Shown: positions 24,034 to 33,798 of the stretch, in pieces
Position numbering within the stretch: the first letter of the stretch is position 1
Layout of the letters: every line of letters starts with the position of its first letter
From: Podarcis vaucheri
Lineage: Eukaryota
Direction: 5' to 3' (one strand)
DNA length: 64,000 nucleotides
Assembly: GCA_965113315.1 (NCBI GenBank)
Contig: OZ220365.1
Translations under genes and position numbers: made by a program
Notes under the pieces: generated by a model
What the model saw: the letters and a program-made list of their open reading frames with translations, nothing else
Told to the model about the DNA's origin: nothing
Database searches by the model: none

Positions 24034-24981
24034 TAGAATCATAGAATCATAGAGTTGGAATAGACCACAAGGGCCATCGAGTCCAACCCCCTGCCAAGCA
24101 GGAAACACCATCAGAGCACTCCTGACATATGGTTGTCAAGCCTCTGCTTAAAGACCTCCAAAGTAGGAGACTCCACCACACTCCTTGGCAGCAAATTCCA
24201 CTGTCAAACAGCTCTTACTGTCAGGAAGTTCTTCCTAATGTTTAGGTGGAATCTTCTTTCTTGTAGTTTGGATCCATTGCTCCGTGTCCGCTTCTCTGGA
24301 GCAGCAGAAAACAACCTTTCTCCCTCCTCTATATGACATCCTTTTATATATTTGAACATGGCTATCATATCACCCCTTAACCTCCTCTTCTCCAGGCTAA
24401 ACATGCCCAGCTCCCTTAGCCGTTCCTCATAAGGCATCGTTTCCAGGCCTTTGACCATTTTGGCTGCCCTCCTCTGGACACGTTACAGTTTGTCAGTGTC
24501 CTTCTTGAACTGTGGTGCCCAGAACTGGACACAGTACTCCAGGTGAGGTCTGACCAGAGCAGAATACAGTGGCACTATTACTTCCCTTGATCTAGATGCT
24601 ATACTCCTATTGATGCAGCCCAGAATTGCATTGGCTTTTTTAGCTGCCGCGTCACACTGTTGGCTCATGTCAAGTTTGTGGTCAACCAAGACTCCTAGAT
24701 CCTTTTCACATGTACTGCTCTCAAGCCAGGTGTCACCCATCTTGTATTTGTGCCTCTCATTTTTTTTGCCCAAGTGCAATACTTTACATTTCTCCCTGTT
24801 AAAGTTCATCTTGTTTGTTTTGGCCCAGTTCTCTAATCTGTCAAGGTCGTTTTGAAGTGTGATCCTGCCCTCTGGGGTGTTAGCCACCCCTCCCAGTTTG
24901 GTGTCATCTGCAAATTTGATCAGGATGCCCTTGAGTCCATCATCCAAGTCGTTGATAAAGATGTTGAATAAGACCGGGCCC
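24034..24981 (-). mobile_element. Young 5'-truncated CR1 LINE (RT C-terminal part, one nonsense codon at 24483-24485)
   Basis: [13 protein letters not shown]...KFADDTKL...LEYCVQFW; 3' (ATTCTATG)n terminus. Confidence 0.95.
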
Positions 24982-25179
24982 ATGCATGTGGGAACCCCAT
25001 GCAAAAGGTAGAAACCTGACCCTGGATGGCTTTGCCTCCACTGTTGGAGATCCCCTGAAAAAATGCAGTCCATCACTGGTCCTTGGATTAGAACTCCTTC
25101 TACTATACTTCCCGTGAGAATCATGTGGATTTCTCTGTTTTTTAACATAAAGCTGAAATAGCAAGTTTGACTGTGCTGA

Positions 25180-25388
25180 CAGGGCCGGCCCACTCACCCA
25201 TGAGGCAAGATGAGGCGACCGCCTCAGGCAGCAAGGTCCACCAGAGCAGCAGATCCTGATATTTATCTTTCTTCCATTCCTTGTTCCTGATGTAGGTCTT
25301 CCCTGACCCCTTCTTCGCTGATGGGGGTGGGGTGTGTGTGCCATTTTGAAGTCTGCCTCAGGTGCCAAAATGTACTGGGCCGGTCCTG
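25180..25388. mobile_element. hAT-like MITE
   Basis: TIR cagggccggccca/tgggccggtcctg; 8-bp TSD tgtgctga/tgtgctgc. Confidence 0.8.
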
Positions 25389-27550
25389 TGTGCTGCTATT
25401 CTTAGACATACAACATGCAAGTTAATTTGTGGCTAACACACTCTACCAGCCCTTATTTCAAGTGAATAAGTCTTCAAAGTCTTGGTTTTAAATACATGAG
25501 AAGTTTTGGCTAAACTGTGGAGAATGGAGATGTGCTTCTAACAGTCTGTAGCTGCAGCAAACTGAAAAACAAAACATATATTATTGTGTTAAGCAATTTT
25601 AAAATGAACAGTGCTGAAAGAGGGAGCATATTTTAAAACAAAATATCAAAACATAAAGATATAAGCTGAAAACCAGGTGGTTGTTCTTCTAAAGAAAAAA
25701 TCTTAAGCAACTTTTGAATATGTGTACTATTGCCCTCTGCTGGACAACTTGGGACTGTGAGCAATATTGTGCTTGATAAGGTGCTTTTTCTGTTCAGAAA
25801 ACACTTTTATGATTTATGAAATAATAAGGGAGTAAAGTCTAAATGGCAAGGACAGATGGAGCAACGGGTTTAGGATCACTCAATAATTGTCCCCAATTGA
25901 CAAGGTTTGCGTTTACAATAAAATAAAACCTTATCCAGGATAATGCAGCTCCCATGTAATTTGTCAATTAAAACAAACAAATAATATAGCAGGGTGCTGG
26001 CAGGAAGGCATGGTGGGTTCTGCATTCTTCATTTGGTCCATATAGATCTTTAGAAGAGGATCCGCAGGAAACATTTCTTATGGTTCATGTGGAAAGATAC
26101 AAAGGGTCATCAGGACAAAATGAAACTTAGTGGTGATGCCCTTTAAACACTCTGAAGCTTTTTCTGTTCATCCAGGCATAAAGGCAGCTTGAGGTCCTGA
26201 AGATTTGGCGTTCGGATGAATTGAAACCTACTGTGAAATTGCAGAGAAGCAAGACAGATGCTGTGGCCATTTCCAACCGCACCTAGATTGCTTTCCCTAT
26301 TGCATCAGGCTATGCATAGCCAGTCTAGAAGCTATGGCATGTACTACTAATGCCACACTACTAGTGTGCACTAGAACCTAGAAGAGATGGCCAGTGTTTG
26401 GGGGCCTGTGAACAACTTTGCAAATGGAATAACTTGCCACAGGTACCACACACACTGCAACCTGCAGCCTTTTCTAGTCAGGAATGCTACTCTGAAGCCT
26501 CATTTCAGCAGGGCAAGGGGCCCTGTGGGTGCCAGAGAAGACATCTGTGGGAACATGGGTGCTCCTGAGTGCTGCACTGATGAGCCCTGGCCTAGAGGCT
26601 ACCTGATTCAGATTGCACAGCATGGATCAGATCATTTTGGCCATCTCTCTCCCAGGTTCCATGAAGCATAGCTTCAACACTTAGGTTGCAGAGGGGCAAA
26701 GGAGGTATTGATACTAACAGGATCGATGAACAGCTCTTCACTGTATGTTGCATTATGCTTGTATGGCAGTCTGCATTGTGCATCATCACTGGCATATGCC
26801 AAGGTCCAGAGGCCTCTCTCATTATCAGACTCTGGGATAACAAATCAGATGGCCAGCAGGTGTCTGAAAAACGAATGGGAACTGACAAGGCTCACCTTTC
26901 CCTTTTGTCTACTGAGGTTATACTGTCAAGAGTCCCTTTGCAGCTACTCTGGACTCTGGATGATCAGAGGTGTATGGAAGGTGTGTTTGGTCAAACTGTT
27001 CATCCTATCCAAGCACATTATCTGTATGTAATGGACCTACTATGAACAGAGAACAATATTTCACAGCCTAAAAGGGCCATAAACATGACACTAACAATGC
27101 AGCTATACATCACTGATTGGCAGTACCAGGAGGTTTGCTGTCAGTGGTGGTAGAGGAGAAATTCATGGTTGCAAAGGCAAGGGTGTGAATATGAAGAGCT
27201 GCTTATTGAAAGCCAGCAGTAATCTCCTAATATGTTTCGATAAGTGGATTAGAATTTGGAAATTTTAGATAAAGCTGTCAGGTTGCAGACTTGCGCTGTA
27301 ATAAATCCTGAGCTCCATTCCGTCGTCTTAAGAGGGAGAAAAGCTAGCTAGCCTTTCTGTTTCTTAATAATACCATGTGTAGAAGAATTTCTGAGTTCTC
27401 CATATGAATATGAAGCGGATGTGAAACTCAGTTTGTGGGTGCTACTTTTAAAGGCTGTGATACACAGCAAACATTGCAAACACTATGTTTTAATAATGTA
27501 GGGCAACTGTTATACAAGGCTGACATCTTAGACATGGCTACAGTCCCACT

Positions 27551-28539
27551 AACAAGGTCCAATAACAAGGCCAGTGGAAGTGATGGTATTCCAGCTGAAC
27601 TGTTTAAAATTTTAAAAGATGATGCTGTTAAGGTGCTACACTCAATATGCCAGCAAGTTTGGAAAACTCAGCAGTGGCCAGAGGATTGGAGAAGATCAGT
27701 CTACATCCCAGTCCCAAAGAAGGGGAGTGCCAAAGAATGCTCCAACTACCGCACAATTGCACTCATTTCACACGCTAGCAAGGTTATGCTTAAAATTCTA
27801 CAAGGAAGGCTCAAGCAGTATGTGGACCGAGAACTCCCAGAAGTGCAAGCTGGATTTAGAAGAGGCAGAGGAACCAGAGACCAAATTGCAAACATGCGCT
27901 GGATTATGGAGAAAGCCAGAGAGTTCCAGAAAGACATCTACTTCTGCTTCATTGACTATGCAAAAGCCTTTGACTGTGTTGACCACAGCAAACTATGGCA
28001 AGTTCTTAAAGAAATGGGAGTGCCTGATCACCTCATCTGTCTCCTGCGAAATCTCTATGTGGGACAAGAAGCTACAGTTAGAACTGGATATGGAACAACT
28101 GATTGGTTCCAAATTGGGAAAGGAGTACGGCAAGGCTGTATATTGTCTCCCTGCTTATTTAACTTATATGCAGAATTCATCATGCGAAAGGCTGGGCTGG
28201 ATGAATCCCAAGCCGGAATTAAGATTGCCGGAAGAAATATCAACAACCTCAGATATGCAGATGACACAACCTTGATGGCAGAAAGTGAAGAGGAATTAAA
28301 GAACCTCTTCTCATGAGAAGAGAGGACTCCCTGGAAAAGACCCTGATGTTGGGAAAGATGGAGGGCACAAGGAGAAGGGGACGACAGAGAATGAGATGGT
28401 TGGATGGTGTTCTTGAAGCTACTAGCATGAGTTTGATCAAACTGCGGGAGGCAGTGGAGGACAGAAGTGCCTGGCGTGCTCTGGTCCATGGGGTCACGAA
28501 GAGTCGGACACGACTAAACGACTAAACAACAACAACAAC
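27551..28539 (+). mobile_element. RTE-BovB LINE, 5'-truncated with internal deletion at ~28309
   Basis: RT motifs NYRTIALISH, QAGFR, FIDYAKAFD, GVRQG, YADD; (CAA)n tail; 11-bp TSD acagtcccact (27540-27550, 28540-28550). Confidence 0.95.
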
Positions 28540-30223
28540 ACAGTCCCACTGTATTTTTCCAAGTAACTAGAATTTGGCTATAAGCCTAAGAAACACACAG
28601 AACATTCTTCTGAGGCATACAAGGCCCCATTCTACTTTTTTCTAGGCTTCTGATCAGGTTATTGCCCCACTCTTCACAAACCTTTTGGAGAAACTCACTT
28701 GGTCCCTTGGACATCATCTTGCTTCAGGCACTGCCACTTCCAACTCTGAGACACGTCAGCTTTTCCTTCTCTCTGTTCTCTCTGACATGGAGGAGAGGAG
28801 TGATTACGGAGCAGTTGGTTCATTTGTCTGTAGTTCCTTAGTAGAGCTCATGCTTTGCATATAAAAGGTCCCAAGTTAGGGTGGTCACATGTCCTACTTT
28901 TCAAAATACAGTCCTCAGTTTGAAGGGCTATTGAGATCAAGCCCAGTTTTAAATAAGGGGCCATAAGAAAGGAAAGCAGCACAAGCTTTGAAGGTGCTCC
29001 AGAATAATTAGTGGTTGGACAGCAGACTGAGTCGATGCTCGGGTCATCTGGCCTTGCCTGCTATGGTGAGATGTATTGCATTTCTGTGCAAATTATACCA
29101 GCATGTGCAACTGTTCTGCAAATATGTCACCTTTTGTCCTTTTTTTCTGGTGATGCATGTGTGGCTGCTCTATTTCTTGTTCAACCCCTGCCACCTCCAT
29201 TTTAAAATGAGTCCTATCATTGAAAGCCCTGTGCAAGAACTTCTGCTTGCACGAAGGGATTTGCCCCTCTTCCTCTGTGTGCTCCCAAAATTGATTTTTT
29301 TTTGCAGGGTGTGTGTGTGTGTGTGTGTCTGGAGAATCTGCAAATTGGTGTACGGACAAGAAGAAGGAGTATCATTTCATCTGGCAAGCCAAAATGCTTG
29401 TCCTGACAGAACAATTACCTTAGGGCAATGCTGAATTCTTCTCAATGAGTGGACATCCTTATACATATGGACCTAATACACAGGCTCAATTATATGAATG
29501 TCAAAAGCACACATCACTTTGTCTCTTTGCTATATACAGGCAACAACCTATTTGTGTGTGATTGCACACATGCACATGGTGCTGAACCCAGAAGTGCCCC
29601 TAAAATGTTCCTAAAAGTGCAGAACGGTAGCGGAATGGAATGCTTTACGAGGTCACTGCTGACATGCACAGGGTCCAGAATGTAACCCCCGTGCAAACTG
29701 AGGATTGCCAACATGGTTGCAGTGGATTATAACAAGTATCTCCTAAAATGGTTTTCTTTGACACTTGCTCCAAACCACGTCTTCATACTGTGAAACTTCC
29801 CTCTGGCCTCTTTAGTTTTATTATAAGGCTGAGGAAATGAACACACTAGTCTTTACTGTATCCTAACTGGATATGCATGTTCAAGACTTGCACTTTCTTC
29901 ATTTTCTTGAACTTCTAAGGAGACCCTCTGTGAAGCTCAAAATTTACAGTTTTAACCATCTCATTATAGGAAGAGAGGAAGAAACGTACACCGTAATTTT
30001 AAATTGTAGTTAGGATACCATCAACCACGTGTCTCTGGTGTAAACATCTTGCTGCATTTTCCAAATTTATACAATTGATGCCAAGAAGACAATACCCGAA
30101 ATAATGCCATTTTGAAGCATAAAGCTTGATGGCTGCAGGACAGCAGAGGGAGGGGACTTATCCAAACTTCCTTTTGCGCTGCATTTCTAGGCACAGATCC
30201 ATGTTTTAAAACTTCATATCCAA

Positions 30224-30265
<42 letters not shown>

Positions 30266-30312
30266 GGTTTTGGTGTCTTCGGGTGTCTTCCCGTGTAAGA
30301 GTCGGGGTGTCT

Positions 30313-30358
30313 GTGCGACGTTTCGACGAGGTCTCACTCGTCATCTTCAGGCTGGTGC
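30313..30358 (-). ncRNA. Minimal hammerhead ribozyme core (PLE), copy 1
   Basis: CUGAAGA-U-GACGAGugagacCUCGUC-GAAA-CGUC on minus strand. Confidence 0.7.
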
Positions 30359-30453
30359 TTTCGGCTTCTTGTTACTGGAACAGAGCAGAGTCTGGTGTTT
30401 GAGTTCCTATAAATACTGTTGAGGGGTGTGGTGTATAGCCTCCAACGTTCTGG

Positions 30454-30500
30454 GCACCAGCCTGAAGATGACGAGTGAGACCTCGTCGAAACGTCGCACA
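30454..30500 (+). ncRNA. Minimal hammerhead ribozyme core (PLE), copy 2
   Basis: CUGAAGA 30462-30468, GAAA 30488-30491, predicted cleavage after GUC 30495. Confidence 0.7.
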
Positions 30501-30654
30501 GACACCCCGACTCTTACACGGGAAGACACCCGAAGACACCAAAACCTGCATTCCTGTACCCGTGAAAATCTACGAAAGCAAATATATATATATATATATA
30601 TATATGCAGGTTTTGGTGTCTTCGGGTGTCTTCCCGTGTAAGAGTCGGGGTGTC

Positions 30655-30701
30655 TGTGCGACGTTTCGACGAGGTCTCACTCGTCATCTTCAGGCTGGTG
30701 C
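30655..30701 (-). ncRNA. Minimal hammerhead ribozyme core (PLE), copy 3
   Basis: Identical core on minus strand. Confidence 0.7.
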
Positions 30702-31345
30702 TTTCGGCTTCTTGTTACTGGAACAGAGCAGAGTCTGGTGTTTGAGTTCCTATAAATACTGTTGAGGGGTGTGGTGTATAGCCTCCAACGTTCTGGGCAA
30801 AGAGGAAGTTCCTAGATTAGTGTGCCTTTTCTTCTTTTGTTCCTTAATTACTTGAGGGATATCTTGGGTGATTTCATGAGTGATATTCAGAATATCACTG
30901 GGTGGGTCATTAAGTGTAGATTAGTTGCTAAAGCTTTCGTGTCTTGACCTCTTGAGCTTGTGAAGAGTTTTTCTGAGAAGATGGCTGTGCTGCATTTAGT
31001 TGTGCTCTGGCTTGGCTTCGTGTATAGGGGCGAGCTATGGTTTTGTGCCTTGTGCCAGCCAGATCTGTGTAGGGATTGCAGGGGGGTGCAGCATCCGGAG
31101 GTGCCACTATAGTTTGGCTACTGGATGGAGTCTGTAATATGTCTGTGGAGAGGGTCTGGGTTTGGGTCTGGTGTGGTTGATTGGTGACGGCGTTCTGTGT
31201 GCCTCTGGTTCTGGTGTCGGTTTTTGTGGGGAGGGCTAATTTCCAGATGTCTGGCAGGCGGGACGTGTCGTCACGCTTGTTCATGTTGTGAGGGTGTTTC
31301 TCTATCTCGATGGCTTCCATGATTATTCTCTTGTGGTGATGTTCC

Positions 31346-33523
31346 ATGTTAAAGAGCAATTTGGAATCTGCAAAATTAATTTCATGTCCTGTTTCTTTCA
31401 TGTGTTGGAAAAGAGAGGAAGTTTTCAACTTTGCAGTCGCCCCGAGACGCATCCCCACGGAAAACATCATATGCGGAGTCGAAGCTAGCCTGACCAAAAT
31501 CGACCCAGATGAAGCCAATAAAATCAGACTTGAAGTCACCAACATCCTCTGCTCCAGCAAACCACCCAGAAGCAATTTACACAAAGAAGAACAGAAAGCA
31601 CTCACCAACCTGAGGAAAGACAACAACATAATCATTCTCCCAGCAGACAAAGGCAACGCCACTGTTGTGATGAACACATCGGACTACCAAGCAAAACTAT
31701 CAAATCTACTCCAAGATCCTACCTACCAACCTATAAAAACAGATCCCACCACCTATCTGGAAAAAACCACCAAATCCAAAATAAAAGCCTCTCCTATCAG
31801 TGAAGAAATCCAGCTAAGAATCATCCCCAGAGAAAAATCATCCAGATGCCCCAAACTCTACGGTCTCCCCAAGATACACAAAGAAGGAACACCACTCAGA
31901 CCAATAGTCAGCTCCATAGGCTCACCTCTACAAAATCTCGCTAAATTTCTCGCTAAGCAACTTCAGCCCTATGCAGAATCCATCGCTTCACACGTTACTA
32001 ACTCCTTCCAGTTCATAGAAACAATAAAGAAGCAATACCTACATCCCGATGACCTTCTTGTGAGCTTCGATGTTGTATCTCTCTTCACTCAAGTACCCAT
32101 TAATGAAGCCTTGACAGCCATCCAAAACAAATACAATCCCCCCAAATACATCCTGGACCTGACCAACCACTGCCTAACCAACACGTACTTCATCCACAAT
32201 GGACAAAGATACAAACAGATAGAAGGAGCACCTATGGGATCACCCCTCTCACCGGTCATCGCAAATTTGTACATGGAACACTTTGAAACCAATGCTTTAG
32301 ACAAGTCAGAACACAAACCCAAACTTTGGCTCAGATATGTTGACGACACCTTTGTAATTTGGCCACACGGGAAAGAAAAACTAGATAGCTTCCTCACACA
32401 TCTCAACAGCCTACACCCCAAAATACAATTCACTATGGAAATAGAAGACAACAACCAACTCCCCTTTCTTGACGTCCTAATCTACAAAAAACCTGATGGC
32501 TCCCTAGGACACACTATCTACCGGAAAAAAACACACACCAACCGCTACTTACATGCACAATCACACCACCACCCTGCACAAATAAACTCCGTAGCCAAGA
32601 CTCTCATCTCCAGAACCAAACGCCTGGCTGACAAAGACCACTTGACAACTGAGTTACAGAATCTCTCAAATGTGTTAATCGCCAATGGATACCAGAAAAA
32701 CAGGGTTACGAAGCTAATCCAAAAAGAAACACCCCCCAAAAACCAAGACACAGAAGAAAACAATGGCATGGCCCTCCTTCCTTATATCAAGGGCACTACA
32801 GACAAAATTAGCAAAATCCTCCATAAACACAATATCAAAACAGCCTTCTGCACCAACCAAAAAATAACCAATATCCTCAGAAACCCAAAAGACAAAATCC
32901 AGCTGGAAAACCAAGGGGTCTATGAAATACCCTGCAAAGTCTGCCCAGCCACGTACATTGGACAAACAAACAGACGAATAAATGCACGTATCGCAGAACA
33001 CAAGAATGCCGTCAAAAAAGAAGAAAAAACTTCCTCTCTTTTCCAACACATGAAAGAAACAGGACACGAAATTAATTTTGCAGATTCCAAATTGCTCTTT
33101 AACATGGAACATCACCACAAGAGAATAATCATGGAAGCCATCGAGATAGAGAAACACCCTCACAACATGAACAAGCGTGACGACACGTCCCGCCTGCCAG
33201 ACATCTGGAAATTAGCCCTCCCCACAAAAACCGACACCAGAACCAGAGGCACACAGAACGCCGTCACCAATCAACCACACCAGACCCAAACCCAGACCCT
33301 CTCCACAGACATATTACAGACTCCATCCAGTAGCCAAACTATAGTGGCACCTCCGGATGCTGCACCCCCCTGCAATCCCTACACAGATCTGGCTGGCACA
33401 AGGCACAAAATCACAGCTCGCCCCTATACACGAAGCCAAGCCAGAGCACAACTAAATGCAGCACAACCATCTTCTCAGAAAAACTCTTCACAAGCTCAAG
33501 AGGTCAAGACACGAAAGCTTTAG
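31346..33523 (+). CDS. Penelope-like RT + GIY-YIG endonuclease (5'-truncated; first ~26 codons come from the inverted segment)
   Basis: LYGLPKIHK, LRPIVS, SFDVVSLFT, GAPMGSPLSP, LRYVDDTF, LPFLDV; GVYEIPCKVCPATYIGQT, RIAEH; no stops. Confidence 0.92.
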   Translation: MLKSNLESAKLISCPVSFMCWKREEVFNFAVAPRRIPTENIICGVEASLTKIDPDEANKIRLEVTNILCSSKPPRSNLHKEEQKALTNLRKDNNIIILPADKGNATVVMNTSDYQAKLSNLLQDPTYQPIKTDPTTYLEKTTKSKIKASPISEEIQLRIIPREKSSRCPKLYGLPKIHKEGTPLRPIVSSIGSPLQNLAKFLAKQLQPYAESIASHVTNSFQFIETIKKQYLHPDDLLVSFDVVSLFTQVPINEALTAIQNKYNPPKYILDLTNHCLTNTYFIHNGQRYKQIEGAPMGSPLSPVIANLYMEHFETNALDKSEHKPKLWLRYVDDTFVIWPHGKEKLDSFLTHLNSLHPKIQFTMEIEDNNQLPFLDVLIYKKPDGSLGHTIYRKKTHTNRYLHAQSHHHPAQINSVAKTLISRTKRLADKDHLTTELQNLSNVLIANGYQKNRVTKLIQKETPPKNQDTEENNGMALLPYIKGTTDKISKILHKHNIKTAFCTNQKITNILRNPKDKIQLENQGVYEIPCKVCPATYIGQTNRRINARIAEHKNAVKKEEKTSSLFQHMKETGHEINFADSKLLFNMEHHHKRIIMEAIEIEKHPHNMNKRDDTSRLPDIWKLALPTKTDTRTRGTQNAVTNQPHQTQTQTLSTDILQTPSSSQTIVAPPDAAPPCNPYTDLAGTRHKITARPYTRSQARAQLNAAQPSSQKNSSQAQEVKTRKL

Positions 33524-33692
33524 CAACTAATCTACACTTAATGACCCACCCAGTGGTATTCAGAATATCACTCATGAAATCACCCAAGATATCCCTCAAG
33601 TAATTAAGGAACAAAAGAAGAAAAGGCACACTAATCTAGGAACTTCCTCCCTGCCCAGAACGTTGGAGGCTATACACCACACCCCTCAACAG

Positions 33693-33700
33693 TATTTATA
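33693..33700. promoter_or_regulatory. TATA-like box in PLE pseudo-LTR (TATTTATA + / TATAAATA -)
   Basis: ~60 bp upstream of hammerhead; repeated in both inverted copies. Confidence 0.4.
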
Positions 33701-33749
33701 GGAACTCAAACACCAGATTCTGCTCTGTTCCAGTAACAAGAAGCCGAAA

Positions 33750-33798
33750 GCACCAGCCTGAAGATGACGAGTGAGACCTCGTCGAAACGTCGCCCAGA
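33750..33798 (+). ncRNA. Minimal hammerhead ribozyme core (PLE), copy 4
   Basis: CUGAAGA 33758-33764, GAAA 33784-33787, predicted cleavage after GUC 33791. Confidence 0.7.

Noticed and set aside
24483-25193. 236-aa ORF as a gene
   Set aside because: Chance read-through from flank into a truncated CR1 RT that has a nonsense codon
27435-28316. 293-aa RT ORF as functional
   Set aside because: 5'-truncated BovB with no endonuclease and an internal deletion just after YADD
28300-28325. BovB deletion as a spliced intron
   Set aside because: Junction sequence does not fit GT-AG removal
30227-30800. Repeat-spacer pattern resembling a CRISPR array
   Set aside because: Alternating-orientation copies of a retroelement end in eukaryotic DNA; no unique spacers or cas genes
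30928-31677. 249-aa minus-strand ORF
   Set aside because: Just the inverted copy of the PLE C-terminus fused to antisense of the forward copy; lacks the RT and the GIY-YIG catalytic motifs
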